Sequence record: NC_017969.1
Reading direction: 5' to 3' (one strand)
Length of the DNA stretch: 64,000 nt
Source: Escherichia phage vB_EcoS_AKFV33
Shown here: piece by piece, positions 33,944 through 43,899 of the stretch
Numbering within the stretch: the stretch's first letter is position 1
Layout of the letters: each line of letters starts with the position of its first letter
Notes under the pieces: generated by a model
Told to the model about the DNA's origin: nothing
Databases searched by the model: none
What the model saw: only the letters and a program-made list of their open reading frames with translations
Program-made: the position numbers and the translations under genes

Positions 33944-34703
33944 ACTGAACTGGAACGTAGAAGGTGTAACCGAGTCTCTGAAAGCAAAAGCCACTGCTCT
34001 GGGTGTTTCTGTAATCTCTCAAGAACAAGTAGCCGCTATCGCTGCTGAACTGGCTGCTGAAACTGGCAAAGATGTTACCGCTCGCTCTGTTGGCTCTAAA
34101 CTGCGTAAAGAAGGTTTTGAAGTACAGAAAGCTAACGAAGTACAGAAATCCCCGTGGACTCCTGAGCAGGAAGCTGAACTGGTTGATTTCCTGAACGCTC
34201 ATGCTGGTCAGTATACCTATGCTGAAATCGCTGCTGCTGTAGCTGGTGGTCAGTTCGGTGCTAAGCAGGTACAGGGTAAGATTCTGAGCCTGGAAATGAC
34301 CGCTTCTGTTAAGCCAACCGAAAAAGCTGCTGCTGTTCGTTCCTTCACTCCGGATGAAGAAACTGATTTTGTTAATCAGGTTGTTGCTGGCGCTACTATT
34401 GAAGCTATCGCTGCTCACTTCGGTCGTAATATCAAGCAGATCCGTGGTAAAGCTCTGAGTTTGCTTCGTGAAGGTCGTATCGCTGCTATGCCGGTACAGG
34501 AAACTTCAAGTGCTAAAACTCGTGAAGATCTGTTAGAAGGTCTGGATCTGGTTAACATGACTGTTGCTGAGATCGCTGAGAAAACTGGTAAGTCTGAGCG
34601 CGGTGTTAAATCTATGCTGTCTCGTCGTGGTCTGGTTGCTAAGGACTATGATGGTGCCGCTAAGCGTGCTAAACTGGATGCAAAAGCTGCGGCTGCTGAA
34701 TAA
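33936..34703 (+). CDS. protein with four tandem HTH-like repeats, host-like codon usage
   Basis: four ~50-aa repeats; Ala-rich; GCT/CTG/CGT codon bias. Confidence 0.55.
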   Translation: MSKLNWNVEGVTESLKAKATALGVSVISQEQVAAIAAELAAETGKDVTARSVGSKLRKEGFEVQKANEVQKSPWTPEQEAELVDFLNAHAGQYTYAEIAAAVAGGQFGAKQVQGKILSLEMTASVKPTEKAAAVRSFTPDEETDFVNQVVAGATIEAIAAHFGRNIKQIRGKALSLLREGRIAAMPVQETSSAKTREDLLEGLDLVNMTVAEIAEKTGKSERGVKSMLSRRGLVAKDYDGAAKRAKLDAKAAAAE

Positions 34704-34720
34704 TCTGGTAAATTAAACCT

Positions 34721-34757
34721 AAGGGGAGGGGGCTATGCTCCTTCCCCTTTTTGCATT
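34721..34757 (+). terminator. rho-independent terminator
   Basis: AAGGGGAGG-loop-CCTTCCCCTT then TTTTGCATTT. Confidence 0.55.
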
Positions 34758-34785
34758 TAGAAGGCACGAAAGCGTGCAAAGGAGA

Positions 34786-36258
34786 ATGACCTTGTTTAAC
34801 GTGCAAGCTGTAGTGTTGAAGATGCTTCTAGCTTCCGAACAGAAGCAAATAGCATTGGAAACATTCTCAAAACTGCATAAAGATCATTTTAATGACGCTT
34901 TCTCCTCAATTTACCAAGCCGTCCAGAATTATTATAAAAAATATAACACAATGCCGTCCATTGACGCACTTATGCTTGAAGCTAATAGGAACGCCCGCCT
35001 TTCTCAAGCTCTAGTCGTCTTAGCTAACACTCAAATTCCAGAAGTGAGCATGGAACAGGCACTTGAAGTCCTAGAGGCTGAATATACACAGGATTTATTC
35101 CTGAAGCTTCTAGAAACAGACGTGCTTCAAGATTTAACAATGCTGGATCAGGGAGAAATTCTCAACCGAGTTGCCTCCCTTCACTTAAAATTAGAAGAGA
35201 AAGTAACGAATACTGGAAAAGTATTCAACGCAGATAACATGCGTATTTTCCAGAGAGAAGAAGATACCAAACTGAACTTAATCGCTCTTGGTATTTGTAA
35301 TGAGTTCGACGCTCAAATTGGTTTAGCTCGCACAGAAACGTTACTGCTTGGTGGTTGGCGTGGTACTGGTAAATCCATTATCTGTTCAAACATACAGGTT
35401 CAGCAATATTTGAATGGAGATATTGCTCCATACTTCTCAATTGAGATGAAAGAACATGAAGTATTTAGACGTAATCTAGCCATGTTAGCCGGGGTATCAG
35501 CACTAGCAATGCGTAATAATACTCTAGAAGGTGCAGCTCTATTGAGATTAGCCAGAACTAGAGCTAGAATGTTTAATGGGGGTGAAGAGCTTTTTGATAA
35601 CTTCGTTAAACAGTACACAATGGCTAAGATGAGTGATTTCTACGATATGGAGAGTAAGCTAATAGAGGGATATGAACTACATACTCCTATGATTATCGTT
35701 TATGACCCTGAACTGTCCATTACAACAGTTGACGTAGAATTAAATAAATTAGTTGCTAGATATGGTGATAAAGTTACAGTAGCTTTACTGGACTATATTA
35801 ACCAAACCCGACTTCCAGATTCTAAAACCATTGATATGTATGACTGGAAAGAACAGATGGTTGTTAGCTCGTCTTTCAAATCTATCTGCCAGAAACATAA
35901 CGTGGCTGGTGTAGCTCCTTACCAGATCGATCAAGATGGTAGAACACGTATGTCAAAGGGTATTCTTGATTCCGCAGACATGGCTGCTAATCTTAATGCT
36001 GCAAAAGCTGATAATGGTCAAGGTGCTATTATGTTTGACTTCGTTAAGACTCGTTCTTCTGATAGCGTGAAGTTTATGCCTAAAATGAACTGGGAAACCT
36101 TGCGGATGGATAACACTACCAACCTAGCGATGGAAGATATATCTCAAATGGAAGCTGAGTTCGTTATCCCTATTGAGAAGGATAAGCCGGCTCAACCTAA
36201 ACGTGCTAAGAAAGACAAAACCGAAAATTCAACAGGTGAACAGGCCAGCGATATATGA
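34786..36258 (+). CDS. replicative helicase, DnaB/RecA-like ATPase domain
   Basis: Walker A GGWRGTGKS; start moved to ATG after AAGGAG because upstream codons are the terminator hairpin. Confidence 0.7.
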   Translation: MTLFNVQAVVLKMLLASEQKQIALETFSKLHKDHFNDAFSSIYQAVQNYYKKYNTMPSIDALMLEANRNARLSQALVVLANTQIPEVSMEQALEVLEAEYTQDLFLKLLETDVLQDLTMLDQGEILNRVASLHLKLEEKVTNTGKVFNADNMRIFQREEDTKLNLIALGICNEFDAQIGLARTETLLLGGWRGTGKSIICSNIQVQQYLNGDIAPYFSIEMKEHEVFRRNLAMLAGVSALAMRNNTLEGAALLRLARTRARMFNGGEELFDNFVKQYTMAKMSDFYDMESKLIEGYELHTPMIIVYDPELSITTVDVELNKLVARYGDKVTVALLDYINQTRLPDSKTIDMYDWKEQMVVSSSFKSICQKHNVAGVAPYQIDQDGRTRMSKGILDSADMAANLNAAKADNGQGAIMFDFVKTRSSDSVKFMPKMNWETLRMDNTTNLAMEDISQMEAEFVIPIEKDKPAQPKRAKKDKTENSTGEQASDI

Positions 36259-37145
36259 GTAGAATAACAGAACTACTTGATCTGAAAGGCATTGAATATA
36301 AAGACACAGGTGGGGACATCCTCATCTGTTGTCTCAATCCAGATCATGACGATAAACACCCAAGTTTGCGTATTGATCCTGAAACAGGTATTATGCACTG
36401 CTTGAGTTGTGGCTTCGGTAAAGGTATACCGAGCATTTACCATTATTTTAATGAGACTCAGTACCGACAGTCTCCAAGACTATCGCAGGTACGTAAAAAG
36501 ATTTCAGAGATTAGGAATGGATCTACAAATCTTGCAATTCCTGAATCTGCTTACCTTTTCGAAGGTGATTTCCGAGGTATAAGTTCTAAGACCTTGAAGA
36601 AATATTTTGCTTTCCAACACCAAGCAGACTGGGAAGGCAGAATTGTATTCCCAATCACAGATGCTGTTGGACGCAATATCCTATTTTTGGGTCGTTCTAT
36701 AAACAGTTCTGCCCCTCCTAAATACTTAGTAAAACCAAAACAAGTTTCACCACCGATTTTCCCTGTACGATATAATACTCCAGTTCTTATTCTAGTTGAA
36801 GGTATCTTTGATATGCTGAACCTAGAGGATAATGGTATAGACTATGCTTCTTGCTGCTTTGGTACACATCAGTTTACTTCAGATAACATTGCAGATAAGT
36901 TTAGCCCTTATATTATTGCTGGTGTTAAAGTTGTTGTTATCTTACTAGATAATGATGCTTCTGGTAATAAAGCTGCACAAGCACTGGCTAAGCTAATTCG
37001 TACAAAAACGCGTTTAACACCTGTAGTTGCTAACTTTCTTCTACCTGAAGGTAAAGACCCAGGTGACTTAAATAAAGAAGAAATTGATATGTTAGCAAAA
37101 CGTATTGAAATTTTAGTTGCTGAATCGCTTAAAGATTTGGTATAA
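36255..37145 (+). CDS. DNA primase, DnaG-like
   Basis: zinc finger CCLNPDHDDKHPS...HCLSCGFG and Toprim VVILLDNDASGNKAA. Confidence 0.8.
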   Translation: MSRITELLDLKGIEYKDTGGDILICCLNPDHDDKHPSLRIDPETGIMHCLSCGFGKGIPSIYHYFNETQYRQSPRLSQVRKKISEIRNGSTNLAIPESAYLFEGDFRGISSKTLKKYFAFQHQADWEGRIVFPITDAVGRNILFLGRSINSSAPPKYLVKPKQVSPPIFPVRYNTPVLILVEGIFDMLNLEDNGIDYASCCFGTHQFTSDNIADKFSPYIIAGVKVVVILLDNDASGNKAAQALAKLIRTKTRLTPVVANFLLPEGKDPGDLNKEEIDMLAKRIEILVAESLKDLV

Positions 37146-37207
37146 TATATTGGTAAGTTAGAGAAGAAACACTGAAGTTATACTTACTTACCAAGAGGAG
37201 ATTAAAT

Positions 37208-39775
37208 TTGAAAATCGCAGTAGTTGATAAAGCCCTAAACAACACTCGTTACGATAAACATTTCCAGCTATACGGCGAGGAAGTTGATGTATTTCATATG
37301 TGTAACGAGAAGTTATCTGGTCGTTTGCTTAAAAAGCACATTACTATTGGAACACCAGAAAACCCATTTGATCCGAATGATTATGATTTTGTTATACTAG
37401 TAGGTGCCGAACCTTTCCTGTATTTCGCAGGTAAGAAAGGCATTGGTGACTATACTGGTAAACGTGTAGAATATAATGGATACGCTAACTGGATTGCGAG
37501 TATTAGCCCAGCCCAGTTACACTTTAAACCTGAAATGAAACCAGTTTTCGATGCAACAGTAGAGAATATCCACGATATTATCAATGGTCGTGAGAAGATT
37601 GCAAAAGCTGGTGATTACCGTCCTATTACTGACCCTGATGAGGCAGAAGAATATATCAAGATGGTGTATAATATGGTTATCGGACCTGTCGCATTCGACT
37701 CCGAAACCTCAGCACTATACTGTCGAGATGGTTATCTGCTTGGTGTTTCTATGTCTCACCAAGAGTATCAGGGTGTATATATCGATTCTGATTGTCTCAC
37801 AGAGGTTGCAGTATATTATCTCCAGAAAATTCTGGATAGTGAAAACCATACTATTGTTTTTCACAACTTGAAGTTTGATATGCACTTTTATAAGTACCAT
37901 CTGGGACTTACTTTTGATAAAGCGCATAAAGAACGCAGGCTTCATGATACCATGTTGCAACACTATGTTCTAGATGAACGTCGTGGTACTCATGGCTTGA
38001 AATCTCTAGCAATGAAGTATACCGATATGGGTGACTATGACTTTGAACTAGATAAGTTCAAGGAGGATTACTGCAAAGCACATAAAATCAAGAAAGAAGA
38101 TTTCACCTATGATTTAATTCCGTTTGATATTATGTGGCCTTACGCTGCGAAAGATACTGATGCCACCCTACGTTTGCACAACTTCTTCTTACCAAAAATT
38201 GAGAAGAATGAAAAACTTTGTAGTCTGTATTATGATGTCCTAATGCCTGGTTGTGTATTTCTCCAGCGTGTTGAGGATCGTGGTGTACCTATTTCTATTG
38301 ATCGTTTAAAAGAAGCTCAGTACCAGTTAACCCATAATCTGAATAAAGCTCGTGAAAAACTGTATACTTATCCAGAAGTCGTTCAGCTAGAGAAAGATCA
38401 GAACGAAGCGTTTAACCCAAACTCTGTTAAACAACTCCGTGTTCTTCTGTTTGATTATGTTGGCTTAACTCCAACAGGTAAATTGACGGATACTGGAGCA
38501 GATTCTACGGATGCAGAAGCTCTGAACGAACTGGCTACGCAGCATCCAATTGCTAAGACTCTACTAGAGATTCGTAAGCTGACTAAGCTGATCTCTACTT
38601 ATGTTGAGAAGATTCTTCTGAGTATTGATGCAGATGGTTGCATTCGTACTGGTTTCCACGAACATATGACTACTTCTGGTCGTCTGAGTTCTTCTGGTAA
38701 ACTGAACTTGCAACAGCTACCTCGTGATGAATCTATTATCAAGGGTTGTGTAGTAGCTCCTCCTGGGTATCGTGTAATCGCATGGGACTTAACAACTGCG
38801 GAAGTTTATTATGCTGCTGTTCTATCTGGTGATAGAAATATGCAACAGGTATTTATCAACATGAGAAATGAACCTGATAAATACCCGGACTTCCACTCTA
38901 ACATCGCACACATGGTATTTAAGCTCCAATGCGAACCCCGTGATGTTAAAAAGCTGTTCCCAGCTTTGCGTCAAGCAGCTAAAGCAATCACCTTTGGTAT
39001 TCTGTATGGTTCTGGCCCAGCTAAAGTAGCTCATTCTGTTAACGAAGCTCTTCTGGAACAGGCTGCTAAGACAGGAGAACCGTTTGTTGAATGTACTGTT
39101 GCGGATGCGAAGGACTATATTGAAACTTACTTCGGTCAGTTCCCGCAGCTTAAGCGTTGGATTGATAAGTGCCACGATCAGATCAAGAATCATGGATTTA
39201 TCTATAGTCACTTTGGTCGTAAACGTCGTCTGCATAATATCCATTCCGAAGACCGTGGTGTTCAGGGTGAAGAAATTCGTTCTGGATTTAACGCAATCAT
39301 TCAGTCTGCTTCTTCTGATAGTCTCCTTTTAGGTGCTGTAGATGCAGATAATGAGATCATTTCTCTTGGCCTAGAACAAGAGATGAAGATTGTTATGCTG
39401 GTTCATGACTCCGTAGTTGCTATTGTTCGTGAGGATTTGATCGACCAATACAATGAAATCCTGATTCGTAATATTCAGAAAGACCGTGGTATCAGTATTC
39501 CTGGCTGTCCGATTGGTATTGATTCAGATTCTGAAGCTGGAGGTTCTCGTGACTATTCTTGTGGTAAGATGAAGAAACAGCATCCATCAATCGCTTGTAT
39601 TGATGATGATGAATATACTCGTTATGTCAAGAGTGTATTACTTGATGCAGAGTTCGAGTATAAGAAACTAGCTGCAATGGATAAAGAGCATCCAGATCAT
39701 AGCAAATACAAGGATGATAAGTTTATTGCTGTATGTAAAGATTTGGATAACGTGAGAAGGATTCTCGGTGCTTGA
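37208..39775 (+). CDS. family A DNA polymerase with 3'-5' exonuclease domain
   Basis: exo motifs FDSETSALY and YAAKDTDATL; motif B QAAKAITFGILYGSG; motif C VHDSVV; TTG start after AGGAG. Confidence 0.9.
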   Translation: MKIAVVDKALNNTRYDKHFQLYGEEVDVFHMCNEKLSGRLLKKHITIGTPENPFDPNDYDFVILVGAEPFLYFAGKKGIGDYTGKRVEYNGYANWIASISPAQLHFKPEMKPVFDATVENIHDIINGREKIAKAGDYRPITDPDEAEEYIKMVYNMVIGPVAFDSETSALYCRDGYLLGVSMSHQEYQGVYIDSDCLTEVAVYYLQKILDSENHTIVFHNLKFDMHFYKYHLGLTFDKAHKERRLHDTMLQHYVLDERRGTHGLKSLAMKYTDMGDYDFELDKFKEDYCKAHKIKKEDFTYDLIPFDIMWPYAAKDTDATLRLHNFFLPKIEKNEKLCSLYYDVLMPGCVFLQRVEDRGVPISIDRLKEAQYQLTHNLNKAREKLYTYPEVVQLEKDQNEAFNPNSVKQLRVLLFDYVGLTPTGKLTDTGADSTDAEALNELATQHPIAKTLLEIRKLTKLISTYVEKILLSIDADGCIRTGFHEHMTTSGRLSSSGKLNLQQLPRDESIIKGCVVAPPGYRVIAWDLTTAEVYYAAVLSGDRNMQQVFINMRNEPDKYPDFHSNIAHMVFKLQCEPRDVKKLFPALRQAAKAITFGILYGSGPAKVAHSVNEALLEQAAKTGEPFVECTVADAKDYIETYFGQFPQLKRWIDKCHDQIKNHGFIYSHFGRKRRLHNIHSEDRGVQGEEIRSGFNAIIQSASSDSLLLGAVDADNEIISLGLEQEMKIVMLVHDSVVAIVREDLIDQYNEILIRNIQKDRGISIPGCPIGIDSDSEAGGSRDYSCGKMKKQHPSIACIDDDEYTRYVKSVLLDAEFEYKKLAAMDKEHPDHSKYKDDKFIAVCKDLDNVRRILGA

Positions 39776-40265
39776 TTTCAAATTGCCCGTATATGCTTTA
39801 CGGGCTTTTGTATCAATTGAGCAAGAAGGTGATTATTCCGTAATTACAACAAGATATAATAAATATGTGCTAGATAACAGGAAGTTGCCTGGCACTTTTT
39901 CTCAACGTAGGCTTATTCTATTTGAGAAACGGAAAGAATTACCATATAAGCTCTATCCTATTAGGGGTAGAATATCAATGTTGTCTCAATTAGTTGGGTC
40001 AAAGCGTAGCCAATTTATAGATTCTGATGGAAATCTTATTAACTGGAAGAAAACTACATTTTATGATGTTGTCACCTCTAAAGTTTTGCATTCAGCTAGA
40101 ATTTATAACGGAAAATACCAATGCTATGTAGCTAAAGTTCCATATCCATTTGTATTATCCTATGTTCCAGCTTATATAAGCTATATTCTGGTAAATAATA
40201 GCCCTGTTATTTACCAAGTCCATCAAGAGGAGCCTGAAATTCCTAGACTTAGAATAAAATTATGA
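39768..40265 (+). CDS. hypothetical protein (165 aa), AT-rich ORFan
   Basis: GTG start overlapping polymerase stop. Confidence 0.4.
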   Translation: MLDFKLPVYALRAFVSIEQEGDYSVITTRYNKYVLDNRKLPGTFSQRRLILFEKRKELPYKLYPIRGRISMLSQLVGSKRSQFIDSDGNLINWKKTTFYDVVTSKVLHSARIYNGKYQCYVAKVPYPFVLSYVPAYISYILVNNSPVIYQVHQEEPEIPRLRIKL

Positions 40266-41614
40266 AGGTTGTTATATCTAATAAAGCCTATTTCAAGCCC
40301 GATGATGAACTTTGGGATTATTGTAGTAAGCAAACCACTTATCACATTGAGACAATGACTAGTAAATACCCTATTATGTATAAGAATAGTGGTGTTGTTG
40401 CTAAAGAGATTAAGTGGATTCCTATCACGCGTCTGGATTTACTAGATGCTAAAGGAGTAAAATACGAATTAGTCGATAAACGCACATTAGCTCCGGTAGA
40501 TATACCAAAACCTAAGTTCAAGCTGCGCGAAGAAGATCAGCTTCCAATATACGAAGAATGCGATGATACCTGTATTATTAATGGTAAGCCTGGATTTGGT
40601 AAAACTATCCTAGCCCTTGCACTTGCGTATAAATTTGGCCAGAAAACTTTGGTAATTTGTACCAACACATCTATTCGTGAAATGTGGGCGGCAGAAGTTC
40701 GTAAATGGTTTGGGTTTGAACCAGGTATCATAGGTTCTGGGAAATACAATATTGATCCACCAATTGTGGTCAGTAATATTCAAACAGTGAATAAACATGC
40801 GAATAATCTTTCTAAAGTATTCGGTACTGTTATAGTTGATGAAGTTCACCATTGTGTGGCTACAACTTTCACTAACTTCCTAGAAATATCATGTGCTCGC
40901 TATAAGATCGGACTATCTGGAACATTAAAACGGAAAGATGGTCTACAAGTCATGTTCAAAGATTTCTTTGGATATAAGATCTTTAGCCCACCGGTTAATA
41001 ATACTATTGCTCCTACAATCCATAGGTACTCCGTGCCTGTTGAGCTATCAGGAAACCAAAACGTACCGTGGGCATTACGTGCTAATGATGTGTATAATCA
41101 TCCTGAATATAGGGAGACTATTATAAATCTAGCACATTTATATGTGAATATGGGGCATAAAGTACTCATTGTAAGTGACAGAACAGAGTTAATCCAAACA
41201 GTACTAGAAGCTCTTGCACAGCGTGGTGTTACAACATATGAAATTATAGGGGCAACTCACTTAGATGACCGATTAAAAATTCAGGAAGATATAGCAAAAG
41301 GTGGACCTTGTGTACTTGCAGCCGCTCAAAGTATCTTCTCTGAGGGTATTTCCCTTAATGAATTATCTTGCTTAATAATGGGCAGTCTCATTAATAATGA
41401 GTCTCTCATTGAACAGCTCGCAGGCCGTGTTCAACGTATTGTCGATGGTAAACTAGACCCTATTGTTGTGGATCTAATTATGAAAGGCGGCACTGGACTA
41501 AGACAGGCTTCTGGACGTATGGCAGTATATCGTAACAACGGGTGGAAAACTATTACCATGACTCCTGAGAAAGCAGTTCAATTAGCTAAAATTGCATTTG
41601 GCAACAGCTCATAA
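40262..41614 (+). CDS. SF2 ATP-dependent DNA helicase
   Basis: Walker A GKPGFGKT, DEVHH box. Confidence 0.8.
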   Translation: MKVVISNKAYFKPDDELWDYCSKQTTYHIETMTSKYPIMYKNSGVVAKEIKWIPITRLDLLDAKGVKYELVDKRTLAPVDIPKPKFKLREEDQLPIYEECDDTCIINGKPGFGKTILALALAYKFGQKTLVICTNTSIREMWAAEVRKWFGFEPGIIGSGKYNIDPPIVVSNIQTVNKHANNLSKVFGTVIVDEVHHCVATTFTNFLEISCARYKIGLSGTLKRKDGLQVMFKDFFGYKIFSPPVNNTIAPTIHRYSVPVELSGNQNVPWALRANDVYNHPEYRETIINLAHLYVNMGHKVLIVSDRTELIQTVLEALAQRGVTTYEIIGATHLDDRLKIQEDIAKGGPCVLAAAQSIFSEGISLNELSCLIMGSLINNESLIEQLAGRVQRIVDGKLDPIVVDLIMKGGTGLRQASGRMAVYRNNGWKTITMTPEKAVQLAKIAFGNSS

Positions 41615-41626
41615 ATGATGTATAAT
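41598..41626 (+). promoter_or_regulatory. early promoter (TTGGCA-17-TATAAT) overlapping helicase 3' end
   Basis: motif plus ATACATAAATTTGAGAGAG leader. Confidence 0.45.
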
Positions 41627-41697
41627 ATATACATAAATTTGAGAGAGAAAGTTTCGGATTGATAAGAAAGTCCGAAGCAGAAAAATAAAAATTTTAG

Positions 41698-41727
41698 TTG
41701 CTAAATTCTCTCGAAATCTAGTATAAT
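41698..41727 (+). promoter_or_regulatory. early promoter (TTGCTA-18-TATAAT), tandem to previous
   Basis: motif plus ATACATAAATTCGAGGAG leader. Confidence 0.5.
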
Positions 41728-41834
41728 ATATACATAAATTCGAGGAGAAAATAAAAATTAAATTCTTCGATTATGAAAAGCTATACTTACTAGCTAGAGG
41801 AAATTCCGACCTAATTATTAAGCTATTCAAAAGA

Positions 41835-42119
41835 ATGCTTACAGAGCCTGATGCTCACCAATTATTGGTCGGTTCCTCATTCATTTTGAATGAATCAACA
41901 ATAGTTGATAATCCAAATAAATTGTCTAACAGACAACTGGCAGAATATCTAGGAATTTTAAGTCTACGAAATTATGCCGAATACAAGTTTACAAACGATC
42001 CTAGTTTGGACATACAATATGTTCCAGTATGGATACCACGTTTAGTAATCGACACTAACCCACTAATCGCAATTAACAAATCAAAATTAATCTTTAAAGA
42101 GGAAATAAAATATGGCTAA
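41835..42119 (+). CDS. hypothetical protein (94 aa)
   Basis: ORF track; overlaps RBS of next gene. Confidence 0.3.
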   Translation: MLTEPDAHQLLVGSSFILNESTIVDNPNKLSNRQLAEYLGILSLRNYAEYKFTNDPSLDIQYVPVWIPRLVIDTNPLIAINKSKLIFKEEIKYG

Positions 42120-42885
42120 GTCTTGGGGCGAAACTACTGGCGGTTCTAACGATAAAATCGAATTCCTGAAGTTCAACAACGGTATCACTCGTGTTCGTAT
42201 CGTTTCTGGTGTTCTTCCACGTTATGTCTATTGGCTGACTAATAAAGAGGGTAACGTAGCTCCTTTCGAATGTCTCCGTTTTAACCGTGACAAAGAGAGC
42301 TTTGTTCGTGGTAAAGCTGACCCGGTTCATGAGATGGGCTTCTTTGAGAAAGAGCTGGATAAAGATGGTAATCGTGTTCCCCTGAAACCGAAGAAAAACT
42401 ATATCGCTTTTGTTATCGACCGTTCTGATAACAAACTGAAAGTAATGGAAGTCAAGGCTACTATTCTGAAGGGCATCCAGTCTATCATGAAGCAGCTGAG
42501 CCTGGCAACTCCGTTTGATATTGATATTTCTATCGAGAAAAAAGGTAAAGGTTTCGATACTGAGTATGATGTACAGCAGATTGCTGCTATGCAGTTCCAG
42601 ATTAAGCTGCAAGATCCTAACAGTGCAGAATCTAAGCAATATGCTGCGGATGTCGATCTGATCGGTGAAGCTATGTGTGATAAAGATGGCGACATCATTA
42701 AGTTCGAAAAAGTTCCTTCTCTGGAACAAACCTATCCGGTTCCTACCTATGAAGAGCAGAAAGAAGCAATTCTAGCCTTCATGGAGGGTCGCGAGAATAA
42801 AGATGATGATGCCAAATCTGGTAATAGCAATGCAGGTTCCCAGAAAGGTATTGACTCAGAAGCTGCAAGCGATCTGGACGACTAA
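42112..42885 (+). CDS. putative ssDNA-binding protein with acidic C-terminal tail
   Basis: tail ...SEAASDLDD as in phage SSBs; host-like codon usage; AAAGAGGAA RBS. Confidence 0.45.
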   Translation: MAKSWGETTGGSNDKIEFLKFNNGITRVRIVSGVLPRYVYWLTNKEGNVAPFECLRFNRDKESFVRGKADPVHEMGFFEKELDKDGNRVPLKPKKNYIAFVIDRSDNKLKVMEVKATILKGIQSIMKQLSLATPFDIDISIEKKGKGFDTEYDVQQIAAMQFQIKLQDPNSAESKQYAADVDLIGEAMCDKDGDIIKFEKVPSLEQTYPVPTYEEQKEAILAFMEGRENKDDDAKSGNSNAGSQKGIDSEAASDLDD

Positions 42886-42892
42886 TAAATAG

Positions 42893-42918
42893 AGGGGCTT
42901 CGGCCCCTTTCTTTTTAA
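42893..42918 (+). terminator. rho-independent terminator
   Basis: AGGGGC-TTCG-GCCCCT then TTCTTTTT. Confidence 0.6.
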
Positions 42919-42921
42919 CCA

Positions 42922-43899
42922 ATGAGAATATTATTTAGTGCTGATCATCATATCAAACTAGGACAAGATAAAATTCCAAAGGAATGGCAGAAGCGTCGCT
43001 TCCTGATGCTAGGAGAACGGTTAAATGATATATTCCATAATCATAACTGTGATCTTCATATTGCTGGTGGTGATATACTTGATGTTGCCGACCCGTCGTC
43101 AGAAGAAATAGAACTGCTTGAACAGTTCATGTCAAGACTTGACCATCCAGGCAAAATCTTTACTGGAAATCATGAAATGTTAACGAAAACCATTTCATGC
43201 CTATATCATTATGCAGGAGTTATTAATAAAGTAACGAGTGGGAAGTGGGAGGTAGTTACCAAACCATATCGTTCCCCTGAATTTGATATTGTTCCGTATG
43301 ATGAAATCCATAAGTCTAAGTGGAAACCATCTGAATCAAAACTATGTTTCACGCATGTTCGTGGTGAAATCCCTCCACATGTAAAACCAGAAATTGATCT
43401 AACTAAGTACAACTGTTATGATACTGTAATTGCTGGCGATTTACACTCTTATACTAATAGCCAGACTATCGGATCTACCAGACTCCTCTACCCAGGGTCT
43501 CCATTAACTACATCGTTCCATAGAGAACGCACAAAAGGTACAAATGGTTGCTTTATCGTTGATACCGACACATTAAAAGTAGAATGGATTGAACTAGGTG
43601 ATTTACCACAACTGATTCGTAAAACAATCGGAGTTGGTGAAGAGATGGAACCTAGTGATTATGATCGTGTAGTCTATGAAGTTACTGGTGACGTTGTTCA
43701 ATTAAAGTCTATCAAAGACTCTGATTTATTAGATAAGAAGATTAACCATCGAGTTACTAAAGACGCTAAGTTAAATCTTGTTGATCTTGATATGTTAGGT
43801 GAACTTGAACTTTACTTCCGTGAAGTTGAGAAGCTATCTCAAGGCGACATTGATAGAATCTTGGCTAGAGCTGCGAAATATGTCAAAGATTACAATTAA
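42922..43899 (+). CDS. SbcD/Mre11-like nuclease
   Basis: DHH, GGDILD and GNHE phosphoesterase motifs. Confidence 0.8.
   Translation: MRILFSADHHIKLGQDKIPKEWQKRRFLMLGERLNDIFHNHNCDLHIAGGDILDVADPSSEEIELLEQFMSRLDHPGKIFTGNHEMLTKTISCLYHYAGVINKVTSGKWEVVTKPYRSPEFDIVPYDEIHKSKWKPSESKLCFTHVRGEIPPHVKPEIDLTKYNCYDTVIAGDLHSYTNSQTIGSTRLLYPGSPLTTSFHRERTKGTNGCFIVDTDTLKVEWIELGDLPQLIRKTIGVGEEMEPSDYDRVVYEVTGDVVQLKSIKDSDLLDKKINHRVTKDAKLNLVDLDMLGELELYFREVEKLSQGDIDRILARAAKYVKDYN

Noticed and set aside
33909-34418. Minus-strand 169-aa ORF
   Set aside because: Antisense to the codon-optimised HTH-repeat gene; Ser/Phe-rich low-complexity translation
34735-34785. ORF-track N-terminus of the helicase (MLLPLFAFRRHESVQRR)
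   Set aside because: These codons are the terminator hairpin; the start was moved to the ATG at 34786 preceded by AAGGAG
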